Shown piece after piece: positions 50,151 through 64,000 of a stretch of DNA of 64,000 nt. The notes under the pieces were generated by a model that worked only from the letters and a program-made list of their open reading frames with translations, was not told where the DNA came from and did no database searches. Made by a program: the position numbers and the translations under genes. Within the stretch, counting starts at the first letter, position 1; each line of letters starts with the position of its first letter. The stretch is from Raillietiella orientalis (lineage: Eukaryota): NCBI GenBank assembly GCA_036172245.1, contig JAYWIR010000023.1:2790001-2854000 (forward strand), written 5' to 3'.

Positions 50151-52639
50151 ATGGAGCTCATTTGCTGACACATAGCTGAGAATTCAGCTATTCGGTGCCA
50201 CACTCTAAACCCTACGTGGTTGAACCAGATACCTTGGGGAGAAGCTGGGAATAGGCGTGGCATCTTTGTCTAAAAAATGAGGTTCTTCGAGATGGAGAGT
50301 ATTCTACTAGGCGGTTTTAGCAAGAATAGAAAATCGAGGTGATCCTGATGGGATGCGAGGAAGTTCAGAGATCTCTCATCCTTCATCTTTCATCCATCAT
50401 CCATTCTTACCAGTAGTATAGTAACTTCCTGAAGAATGGTATGCCATGCAAATTGCGCTGCTTCGGGTCGTCTTTCTTCAAATCACCGGGAGAAATAGAT
50501 AGAATTCGATCGCATTTTTAGCAATTCCTTGAATGCTTCTAAAGAGGAGCGCTTCTTTCGCGTCCACAGTTTCGAGTTGAAACAGTGCCTATGAAGACGG
50601 TCAGAAAGTCGAAGATGGCGTCTCTCTTAATTACGTCGTAACGAACCACATCCAACGTTGTGAACGGAGAGGACTCCATAGGAAAGAGGGAGACTCGTGA
50701 AAATGTGACCCTTTCAGCACTGCTCCGGACAGAGGAGACTCAGAGCAAACGGAAAGAGCCGTCTCAGCTCTTTCATGCTTGGGTTTCTCAGAAGGAATGA
50801 ACTGAAGCGGTAACAACGGTATCCGGAAAAGGATTCACAACACTTAGGATGGAGGCAAGGGAGCTTACTACATGCCTTTTCCTTTCCGTACAGTGGTCGT
50901 CGTCAGAATCCCGGACCAGATGAAAAAAGTGGATAATCGATGTCCGTAAGTCGAAGGAACTTTACTTACAAAGTAGGAAAAAGAGTGGGATTATGACCCT
51001 TGGATAGGGCTATGGAAAAAACAAAAGAACAAAAAACCTAGTGGTGGCAAAAATAAGTTTGAGGACGCATCTTGCATTTTTCCAAAGTGTCCTTCCCAAC
51101 GTCACGCCCATTCCATTTCGAAAATAACCTCACATTTCGAAATCAAGCCGATCCCTACATCGGTACAGATTTTTCATATCGGAAAAGGAAATTCTAATCT
51201 TCGCGGTCAGAATTAGAGCGAAGTGCTCCGAGCATTTCTCACGGCGAATGTCTTCTGGTTCACATCGGTCACACTTGCGACCCCGACTAAATGAAGAATG
51301 GAGGTTCCTCTTCATTTAGTCGTGAAAATGACTGCGCAGAGCAAAAAGAATCAAGTTCCTTAAAACAAGTCACTTGTGGGGAGCTTTGGAAATGAAAAGG
51401 CAAAGCAAAGAAAGCCAGATGCAGCAAGCTTTCCGAACAAGATTGAAACAAACTTCAAGATCGGTTCCCTGGAGTCTCATCAGACTCCATCCTCCTCAGA
51501 TGCTTACACATACGCTTTCGAAACATTCAGACGAGCACTTGTGCCTATGAACCGAACAGTGCGGATTGAAGATAGTTTTGGGGGTTCCTGCACAGAAGAA
51601 GTGCTGATCCTATCAGAACACGCGAGACATATCGTTCTCTTATCCATGATCCCCCCAAAATCTGGTCACCCAAGCCCGAGATTCCCGAGTTGGTCGGCTC
51701 GCCGCCCTGTTTTCACTTACTGAAAAGATAGCTGCAGACAACAACTTCCACGCTTGTGTTCGCGGAAGTGCAGGCATTCACAGAGATGCGGTTTCAAAAT
51801 ACCGTTGCCATGTTTTCTGAAAGGGCATCTGCAATCAAGAGTACTTGGCTTGGAATGCAAGAAAGGGTGCTACTGCATGTCGCAGTGCTTGTTCTTCGAA
51901 GATAGACCAATGCTTAGGAGGTTCCAAGAAATCTTACTTCTCAGGACGTCTCCTGAAACCTAAGGAATAATCTCTACAGAGGAGGCATCTTTACGACAAA
52001 GATCGACTTGTTTGCCAGCCAGTGTCCGGATTTTTCTCGAGAATTTTGTCTAATCTTGGATACGGTGCAGCAGAAACTGCGAAAGGAAGGTGAATGATGA
52101 TGCAGCCGGGAGGAAGGATGAGAAAACGATCAACAGCGCTCTCTGCATTGTGAAACCAGTGAAAGACAACAGTAAACACGCTTCAAAATATGGTGAATGC
52201 AAGGACGAAGCCATCGATGCTTTTAGAAAAAATGTGCTGTGAATGCATCTTTTGGCTTTTTTACCGAGGTTCATTTTTCTGAAGTATTTCAGATTCTCCA
52301 TTGGAACATTTGTCTCGGAAGGCTGATGTTGGCCAATGAAGCATCATTTTGGAACCTGAGAAATGTGTTTCAAAGAAACGTTGCTGGAGACTACCCTAGT
52401 GTTTTCCAACAAGCTACAAAGATAGAATTATGTTCTGATAAACACCTTTATTCTATCTATACTTCTTAATGTAGTGATAGTAAAGGAAAGTCTTCTCTCT
52501 TCCAACATGGAAATCCCCTAAGGAGAAAAACAAAAAAAACGTTGTCTTGGAGATTGTAGCACCAGATTTGTAGCACCAGATTCCTCAGTGTGCAAACAAC
52601 TGTAAAAGGAAAAAACCAAGACATGCCTTGGATCCGCTG

Positions 52640-55950
<3,311 letters not shown>

Positions 55951-56949
55951 AAGTGTTTCCCATAATTTCGGTGTTTCTTTCCTAGACTGCCGCGCTTACT
56001 TGCTACGGGAGTGTATACTTTCCTACGACCGGCTGTCTCTCTTTCATCACATCCGCGCTCCGAAACAACTCAATCATCAGCCAAACATCGCAGCGTCGGG
56101 AATGCTTTGCAGCATCCACTCTTTCCAAGATGATGTTCAGCGATTCATCAGTAATAAACGATAGGCATTCTCCATGCTCATCAACTGACGATCGAAGGAC
56201 CTAGGTTTCATCCCGTCAATTAGAGAATGCATCCAACATCCTTTGAAACAACGGAATGGGTGACAGCTGAACCCTTTAAGTGGCTGGATGAATGAATGCG
56301 GTGGGATCTATTCTTAGAGATTCAGTGAGCTGGATGCTGGACCGGGCGCCATGAAAATTTATCCGTGAAGTTTGGAAACCTGCGTAGCAAATTGATTTCT
56401 TGCCTCTCTAAAAGTAGCAGTGCCTATAAACGGCAACGCTATAACGGAAAACCAATCAAACCATATCTCAATGTGCTGCCAATTTCTCATCAGTTCGATG
56501 CTTTTTTCTTTCCTTTTTTTTTCTTTTTCTTCTTTTTTTGCGTGTGGAATCAAAAAATTGGTTCCTCTTTTTTGGAAAATACTCCCAGTTTATTAATAAA
56601 TAACAGTCCTGCGAAAGTTCTTGTCATGCTGCTTCCGATACTGAAAGCTGCCTTCTAAGAAGGGAAAAAACCCAAAGCGTACCGAGTGCGATGCTTGGCG
56701 AAGAGATTAGGGTACGAGGAAACGGATAACTTGTAATTTAGAGCTGTAATTAGAAATTCAAAACATGAGGGGATTCATAATTCATAACGCAATTAGAACC
56801 CGAGTGTTCGAAATTCCGGATGAAAAATTGTTCCCGGGAATGTGATAAATTTCGATTTCATCTGTTTCGGAGAAGGAAACACTCTTCTTGTTTATGTTGG
56901 TACATTATCATTACAGTACGGACGGCGATTCGGCTTCGTCCCAGTTCGA

Positions 56950-58900
56950 GTGCTCACCGAGTAAATTATAGCTGGAGAGCTAAAACGGATGGTGGATTTC
57001 CTGGAAGACTCGCTTGATGTCCCTTGCGTCTTGAAATATTTCCGTCAAGAAGGCCGTGCTGTTAAACTTAGACTTCAGGTCCGCTCACAGATCCACCGGG
57101 TGAGAATGGACACCGCCAAAAATCTGAACGCACCATCTTTTTTTTTTTTGTCCCGGCGCGACATCCAGGCAGTTCCTGACACGATCTCCTCCTTGAGAGA
57201 GCGAGGAGATCAAAGATTCAGGTTCCCCGTTCTTGTAGCAGGAGTTCTGCACAGAGACCAGCTAACAAACATCGTGGTCTCCAGCGCTACGAGGTCGCCA
57301 TGGGATTTCGGGCAAGCTTCTTTGAAGCCGACCAGCTCTCCTAGTGCCGGTCGTCAAGGATTCGTCTTGTCAAAGAGAGGCACGAAGAAATGGCACGGTT
57401 CCCTTGAGCAAGGGTGCGGGAGCGCGAGAGCTTTCTACTGTCGGGCTGTCGTGAGGCAAACGGGAAGAAAAAATGGCAGCCATTTCCTCTCAAAAAATGC
57501 AGCGAAGATGAATAGAAAGAACTGAGAAGCTGGATTCGACTGTTGGGATTGAAGCAGTCCAAGGAATAGCTTTGTTGTTGATTGGCGCGCGCGACCTATT
57601 GGATTGTCAAGAAGACGAAGAAACCAGGAAACCACCTCGGGCAACCGATAAGGAGAGAAGCAACCAAGAAGTCGAAATTTGCGATTTCCTGTTCTGGAAA
57701 ATTCTGATTGCAACAAACGGAAAGCGCATAGGAAAAGGACACGATCTCCTTTTTGCAAAGGCAGACTTGTGGGAATCGAAAGCCAACATCCACCGCAGCA
57801 GCCGCTTTCATGGAAACCAGGTCGTCCGATGGAAAAGGGATCGGTTGATGGAACGAGAGCTGCCGCGCCGCGCCAAATTGTACACTCTGGTTTCAAGCAG
57901 GGAAGACCTGAATGCGTGCTGTGGCAGCCTATCGCGCCAGTCGGAGCTGCCGCCATGCTCCAGAAAGAGGAAGAGGGAGGATTCACGTCGGGACCATTCA
58001 CTGAGAGCACCTCTCTGAATCTCTTCTGACGGTGCTGAGCTCCGTTTCCCGTCACAAGCGCAGGAAAGGAGGCAGCTGCCCAAGACGCCGACGCCGACGG
58101 GATTCTTCGTAAGGCAGAAACGCCAGCGACCCCAACGTCATTCTCGCGATAGTCCCCGGGAAGGACGCGAGCGCCTTCTTGACCTTCGCCGCCCCGCTAC
58201 CTCGACCGGAGGAACTATGTTAACTCCGCCTCTACCGTAGGAGAGTTTCTTGAGCACGCAAAGCTTCTCCTCCAACGCGGACTCGGACGGGTTCTTCTGA
58301 ATCGCTGGTCGGCGCCGGAGACGTCGCAGACAGCAGGTGGCTCTACATTCCGACGTCCAGCTGGCGCAGGATCTCAGGAGGATGGATGGCCGAAGACGGA
58401 AAGCTGAGGAAGTTCCTCTGGAGCAGGAGGAAGCAGTCGGTCAGCTGCGTCATCTCCAGCGGCTGGTGCTGCACCGGTCGCTGAGGTTCCCGGGCTGCGC
58501 TCCGAGTAGCAGTTGGCTCAGGAAACGACTTTGGGATCCCTGTCCGGCTCCCGAGCGACGAAGGGGACGAGTAGGAGCAGCGGCACCCGAGCGAGTTGCT
58601 GCGACGCGCCCTCATGGGAGCAGTGACGCAGGTGGGAAGCCTGTGGAATCTCCGATGGGAAGACCCTGTCGGGCAGGCGGTGTCTCGCCCACTCGAGGCC
58701 ACCCTGGGCCTCCCAGTCAGCCATCCAAGAATGCCCTGCCGAGACTTCTGGGAGGAGCGAGCGGCCCACGGTGGCGGCGGCGGCTCATCGGCGGCGCGGA
58801 TCGACTTCCTCGCTGTCGGTTCGGTAGCTGCGCTTTTGAGAGCCTGGCTTGTGGGACCTCAGACGAAGACCTCAGTCTCCGTCTGAGGGTCACCGGTCCC
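56950..58900 (-). mobile_element. Decayed L1/Tx1-like LINE 5' part (possible ORF1 plus endonuclease)
   Basis: EVLSVNG (TLNVxG), FRLLGCFSPYRLPEVVSWFLRL...KLFLG (NVYAP...FF...GDFN) and PWRP (WRLN). The ORF1 assignment for 58060-58900 is weak. Confidence 0.45.
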
Positions 58901-58999
58901 GGAATCGTTTTCTTCCTCCTTGGCTGCCATTTCTCCCGGACGGGGGGCATGGCAAAGGAAATGACTTGGATTTGACCATGGATGGGAGGGGAAAGCTTT

Positions 59000-61900
59000 T
59001 TGCCTGCTTTCCGAGGACAAGGTGATGCCAGTCATCAGAGGTATCAGTAATCATTCAAATGGTCTCGCAGCTGTGAGGGTGACTGAATAAGAATGACGAG
59101 GGCATTCTGGGTAGCAGGCTCTTCCCGTGATCTTCAAAGAGACTTGATCTTTTAAACAACCTTGGCGCTGAGGACTGTCTTCTACAAGATTTTCCCTTCA
59201 GTCTCTTCGTTTTTCGGTCTACCTATTCAAGTTTGGATCACTGGGCAGATGATTCATCTTCTCTCATTTGGGAGATGGTGATCTTTAGTTCCAACGGCTT
59301 CTCGGAAGAAGATTCCTGGGATTAATGCTCGAAAAAAAAAAAACATCCTTCTGAGATTTTTGTATGTCGATATTCAAACGCATTGTATCCAAGTGTACGG
59401 GGTGAGCAATCCCAACACTGCGAGGCAGGGATAGTTCCGCGTCTGGAACATCGTCTTTCATCCGCGGTTCCATGTAGTTATTCTTCCTACCTCCTCCTCC
59501 CCTTCAAAATTAGAAGAGAGAGAGAGAGAAGGACACTTGAAAGCGTGGCATCTCCTGAAACCTGAAGAGAGAGTTTAGCAGCTCTTTGATCGCACTCCAG
59601 AGAGAATTCAGCAGCCCGCAGACCGAGGGAGACCTCGACAATGGGACAGACCAAGAGGTAGACGGGTTGCTTGCGTCTCACTCCCTCAAGGTGGAGGAAC
59701 TCGAGGCGCAAAACGCAAAGCTCACAATCAGATGGAGATGGAGGATGGTGTTCGGTATTTTCCCTGAAAAGAAAAATTTGCGGCTTCCATAGCGGAGTTC
59801 TATCGTTTCATCTCATCGCATTTTCAAAACGAGCCCGACATGCAAAGCGCGAGTTGATCCACGTTTCGCATCACTATTTCTTGCCCGGACAGACTCCTAT
59901 GCTTCCACTTGGCTGAGGCGAGTGCAGAACCAGTCCTGGAGTAGAACCTGCCAGACTCTCTGTCGGCTCTTTCCTCCCTTCCATCCGTGAACTTTCTACG
60001 GCTCCTTGGTCGTGGGGATTTCTTTTCTTAAGCGCCTGATCCTTGGAGCTCCGAAGCATCACTTGTGGGGTTCCAGGATTCCTCAGTGGTTCACGAGAGA
60101 ATGAGATCTGATCACCGAACCGTTTCCCTACAAGGAGTGCATCCAGTCGGAAGGGTCGTGGTTCGCTGGAGACCGGGAGAATTTCCAAGTCACGCGGTTT
60201 CCTTTTCGCCTTCCGATCTTCACTGGCAGCTTTACAGAGCACTTGCATAGGAGGAAGAGGGAGTTCCCATGGGACCCACCCTTTCTGAGAATCTCGTGGC
60301 TCGCGGGAAAAAATTCTATTCCCATGTCCGTTTCATTGCAGAAGTTCCGTTTGCTCCTTTCTCTTCCTCCTGCCTGGCTCAACACCCGCACCATTTCTGT
60401 TCTACGGTTTGTTCCACCTCTGGTCTCTCCAAACAAGCGTCACCTCACAACCATTCCGTAGTGGCCAGCGAGAACTCCAGTCCCAGAGGTGCCCTGCGCG
60501 CATCCCATAGCGTTCCTTCCCCTTCCCCTCCTTCCCAGTTTTCCTGCTTCTCTTTTTTCACAAAATCATAAGCACTCATGACGTGGTTCCCGCACCCAGC
60601 TCCTCGACCGGGAATCACGTGGGCAGAGGAGAAGACTGATCGCTCACGAGCGAAAGACGATTATCTTCGACCGCAAGATTCTCGTTCTTAGAAGCGATGA
60701 CCGCGGATGAGAGCGCACCCGAAATGCGCCATCGCCATCTGCGCTTTTCCGCTGACCCATCAACGGTTGATGATGAAGGCGCAAAGAAGGAGCTGCTAAT
60801 GATCGAAGGGGACCAACGACTCGGTGGCAACTACTGCAACCACCAGATGGCGTGATGGGATTTGGCTCCGGACCCATTCGGTCTGGAGCTGGCCGATTGA
60901 AACTTCTCTTTCCGCAGATGTGGGTGGTTCATTATGTGGAAGCTCGCGCTCTCTCCTACGTATTTCTTTCCGCTGCCCCAGCTGTTCGTTGGGAATGCGA
61001 GCCAGAAGAAACTTCCGAATAGGAGTCCGTGACCTCGCGCTGCTGGCTGGGCGGGGAGACATCCGGGATCGGTAGGAAGTATTTCTTCCAGCAGAGCGAC
61101 CGAGACTCCCAGGAATAGCGGCACCACGTCTCGCAATGAGGAAAGTCTGCGCCCGGGAACGAGAATTCTCGAACAAGACTTCCGTGAGGAAGAGAGTGCC
61201 GGGGCTCTCTCGGAGCATGGAGGGAGCAAGGAAGGCATCACCGGTCGGAGGAGGAGGCAGGAGACAAAAGCGACCTCCGCTGAGCCTCCTTGCATCCTTC
61301 TACCGCTCAGAGAAGAGAGCAGAACGGTGACGATTCGCGAAGGAAGACTTCTGGGTTCTTCCAGTGGCTCAGTGGTGGTAGCGGTGGCGACAGTTTCGCT
61401 TGGGGGATCATTGTGACGGACTCCGGGGATAGATGTGAGTCTCGACCCCCAAGGTTTGGATCGGGGACTCGGAGTTCACCGTGTGACCAGAGGTACGAGT
61501 GAGGTCACAGCTTCCAGAGACCGCAGCACCGTCGGTCGTCTCATGTGCACCGCTCAAGTCCAGCATGCTGGGTATGGCGGCGGCAGCAGAGCCTGTGAAC
61601 CTCCTCTTCCGCAAAGCTCCCTTCTCGAGGGAGGATCCAAAAGGCCGCGAATCCCTTCTAGGGAAAGGAACGTTCCAAGCCCACTACAGGCGCGCAGGAT
61701 CAACCCCGGAAGGGCGCCTCGCAGTAGCTCTCCTCTCTGAGGGAGCACCTGATCCTCTTTCACTTCTCGCCCTCCAGGTCCTTCGGTTTCGAGGGCTGAC
61801 GTGGTCAAGTGGACGTGCCCCTTCTCATACAAGGACTCGGAGTTCACCGTGAGACCAGAGGCATGAAGAAGGACCTTTTTCCAGTGGACTCGCCCAGGTA

Positions 61901-62100
61901 GGTTCTGGATAGCAGACGTGGCCACCGTGATGGAAGGCCTGCCGAGAATCAAGTGGGTGCATGAGGCGCTCCTGGATGCTGGACTCCGGGGACATTTGAG
62001 GGCAACTGCTGAATGAAGGAAAGCGGCGGCCTGGATCTTTGAGGATCTGCTCGGTGGCCACGGCGCTCTCCATACCAAGGGGGCTTCTCTGCCTGATTGC
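59000..62100 (-). mobile_element. Decayed L1/Tx1-like LINE (ORF1, endonuclease, RT N-terminus)
   Basis: SSTVDGSAEKRR..AVIASKNENL (endonuclease start), EILRKGGSHGN (GGDFN), GLRAAEFSLECDQ (linker) and ELKITISQMREDESS (EL..AI..M...KSPG). Confidence 0.5.
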
Positions 62101-64000
62101 TTCCTTCAGGCGTTCTATTTCGCTGAGGTCCAGCGGGGGGAGGGGGGAGAACGCCGGGTTTTGCAGCCTGGATTACTCGCTCCCATTCGCGTACTCGCTT
62201 CGATGACGAAACAAGAAAGGAGAAGGGAAGGGGGGAGAAGAGAGGACGAACTTCTCTGTTCATCCGTACTTTCCACGTAAGAGGAAGTGACGGAGCGCTT
62301 TTTTGCACGCCCCTCATCCCGTGATCTTCCTTCTCGACGAGCACAATAGGATCGGAGTTTCCTGAATAATCGCTCATGTAGCAGCAACTTTTCAGAGTTG
62401 GAACACCGCGTCCTCCTGGCGTGGAGCCTGCCGCCTTGTCCACCGCCTCTTTTGCTCCGAGGACGGCGCTTCCCTCTGCCCGCCTCCCCGCTCTCGGCCT
62501 TCCTCCCCTCCCCCCTTTCCTGTTTTGCGCGCGCGCTTCGCCTTTGTTTTCCAGAACAGAAAAACGAACAAGCGCAAAGCAAACAAACAGGCGGACATGC
62601 GGGCGGGCGCGCGCATTTCTTCCCCCGGTCGCGCGCGCGGGGTGGAAGGGGCTGATCGATGAAAGGCCGATCCCAGGCGAGCGCTTCCTGGTGGTGCCCG
62701 CCGGAGCCTTCCGAAAGTCAGGTTGACGAAGGAGGCGACGGGAACAGATCCCCACTGCGAAAGATCAAGAGACTAATCATCCTAGATAATGGAGACGTTA
62801 AAAGAGGAACCCTCCATCCGCGGGGAGATGGATGGGAGGATGCGCTGACGAGCGAAACACCCGGGCAGCGGCGGCAACCCCGAGGACGGGTTCGTCCGCG
62901 GGAAGGAAAGGGGAGGGGAGGAAAGGGGGAGGAAGAAAAAAAAAGGAGGGAGGGAGGAAGAGAAAATGCGAGCTCGAGCTCCTGAAAGTGGATCATCCCC
63001 TCCTCCCCTCGCATCCCTTTTTGCTGTGCATAATGGAACGGCGGCGACTCCGCTCGGAGTCTGCGGCACGCGATGATGGCCGGGGCGATCTTTTCGGTAG
63101 GAGGGTGCGTGCGTGCGTGCGTGCGTGCGTGCGCGAATGCCTGCGCATCGCTGCATCTGCAGCCAGAGGTCTTTCCAGACGGGGAGGCAGCAGCTGGAGC
63201 CTTTTCGTCCTACCCTGAGGCATCACCCCCTTCCCTCCTCTCCTTCCTCCTTCCCCTTCCTTCTCCCTACCTCCTCTCCCCCTGATTCCCGCGAATCAGA
63301 GATGGAGGCAACGCTCGCCCGAGAAGGCGCTCCTCCTCGTATAGAGCGGGCTGCACCCCCCGCGCCCGTGGAGGAGGCAGGCAGGAGCGCCTTTGCATCC
63401 CCCTTTTCCCTCTCTCGTCTCCTCCTCCTCCGCGGGAGGGCCGAGGACTGGAGAGCGCCCACCGGGGATGCGCTCGCTCGCCCCGTTCACGGACCGGCCG
63501 TCCAGCTGGATGGTCGACCGCAGCGTCCTGATTGATGGTCCCGCCCTCGCGGTTTCGCTGGGATTCGAAGGTGGCAGCGGAGGAACGAGGGAGACGGGAA
63601 GAGGAGAAAAGGAAAAGGAGGAGGAGGGGAAGGAGATTATCCCCATGAGATCTGCAGGCCGATGGGTGGATCGCTCAGACCAGGTTTTGCAGGGAGGGTG
63701 ATGGAGCGAAGAAGCCACCCCTGCCATCGATTCCCGCGAGGCTTTTGCCTCGAGAAAGGGGTGAGGGAGGGGGGAATCCGGGAAACGTCACGGGAAGAGA
63801 GGCTGCTTCTGTGCTCGTTGCCGGCGCGTCCCGAGAGGCGCCGGCGAGTGCGCCGCGGGCGTCCTTTCCCCGAAAGCGGCGGGAAAGAGAGCACTCCTCC
63901 CGTGGCGGGACGCCAGCCGCGGCGTCCCCGCCTTGCTAGGAAGGTTGCGTTCTCTCGACCCGGGATGCTGCGGACTTTTTCCCCGGCGGCTCGGGGCGGA

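Overview
This window is eukaryotic, repeat-dominated DNA, and I found no intact gene in it. Most of it is heavily decayed retroelements, recognisable only as collinear motif fragments across frameshifts: L1/Tx1-like, CR1/Jockey-like and I/R1-like LINEs, one Ty3/gypsy pol relic, and two tRNA-derived SINE families. Homopolymer runs, purine tracts and microsatellites interrupt them throughout. Almost all ORFs in the supplied track look spurious. The main points of interest are: (1) a ~310-bp, ~32% GC, uninterrupted bacterial-looking coding fragment at 3818-4130, a candidate endosymbiont-to-host insertion; (2) a decayed eukaryotic RNA-dependent RNA polymerase relic at ~34950-36100 (-); (3) a decayed trypsin-family protease at ~16765-17140 (+); (4) a ~880-bp tRNA-headed SINE in three copies; (5) small CpG-poor patches and template-switch-like micro-rearrangements. 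The host may be an arthropod, possibly a chelicerate; this is inference only. All protein assignments come from motif recognition by eye, without database searches, and the boundaries of decayed elements are approximate. I cannot support a complete novel biological system here.
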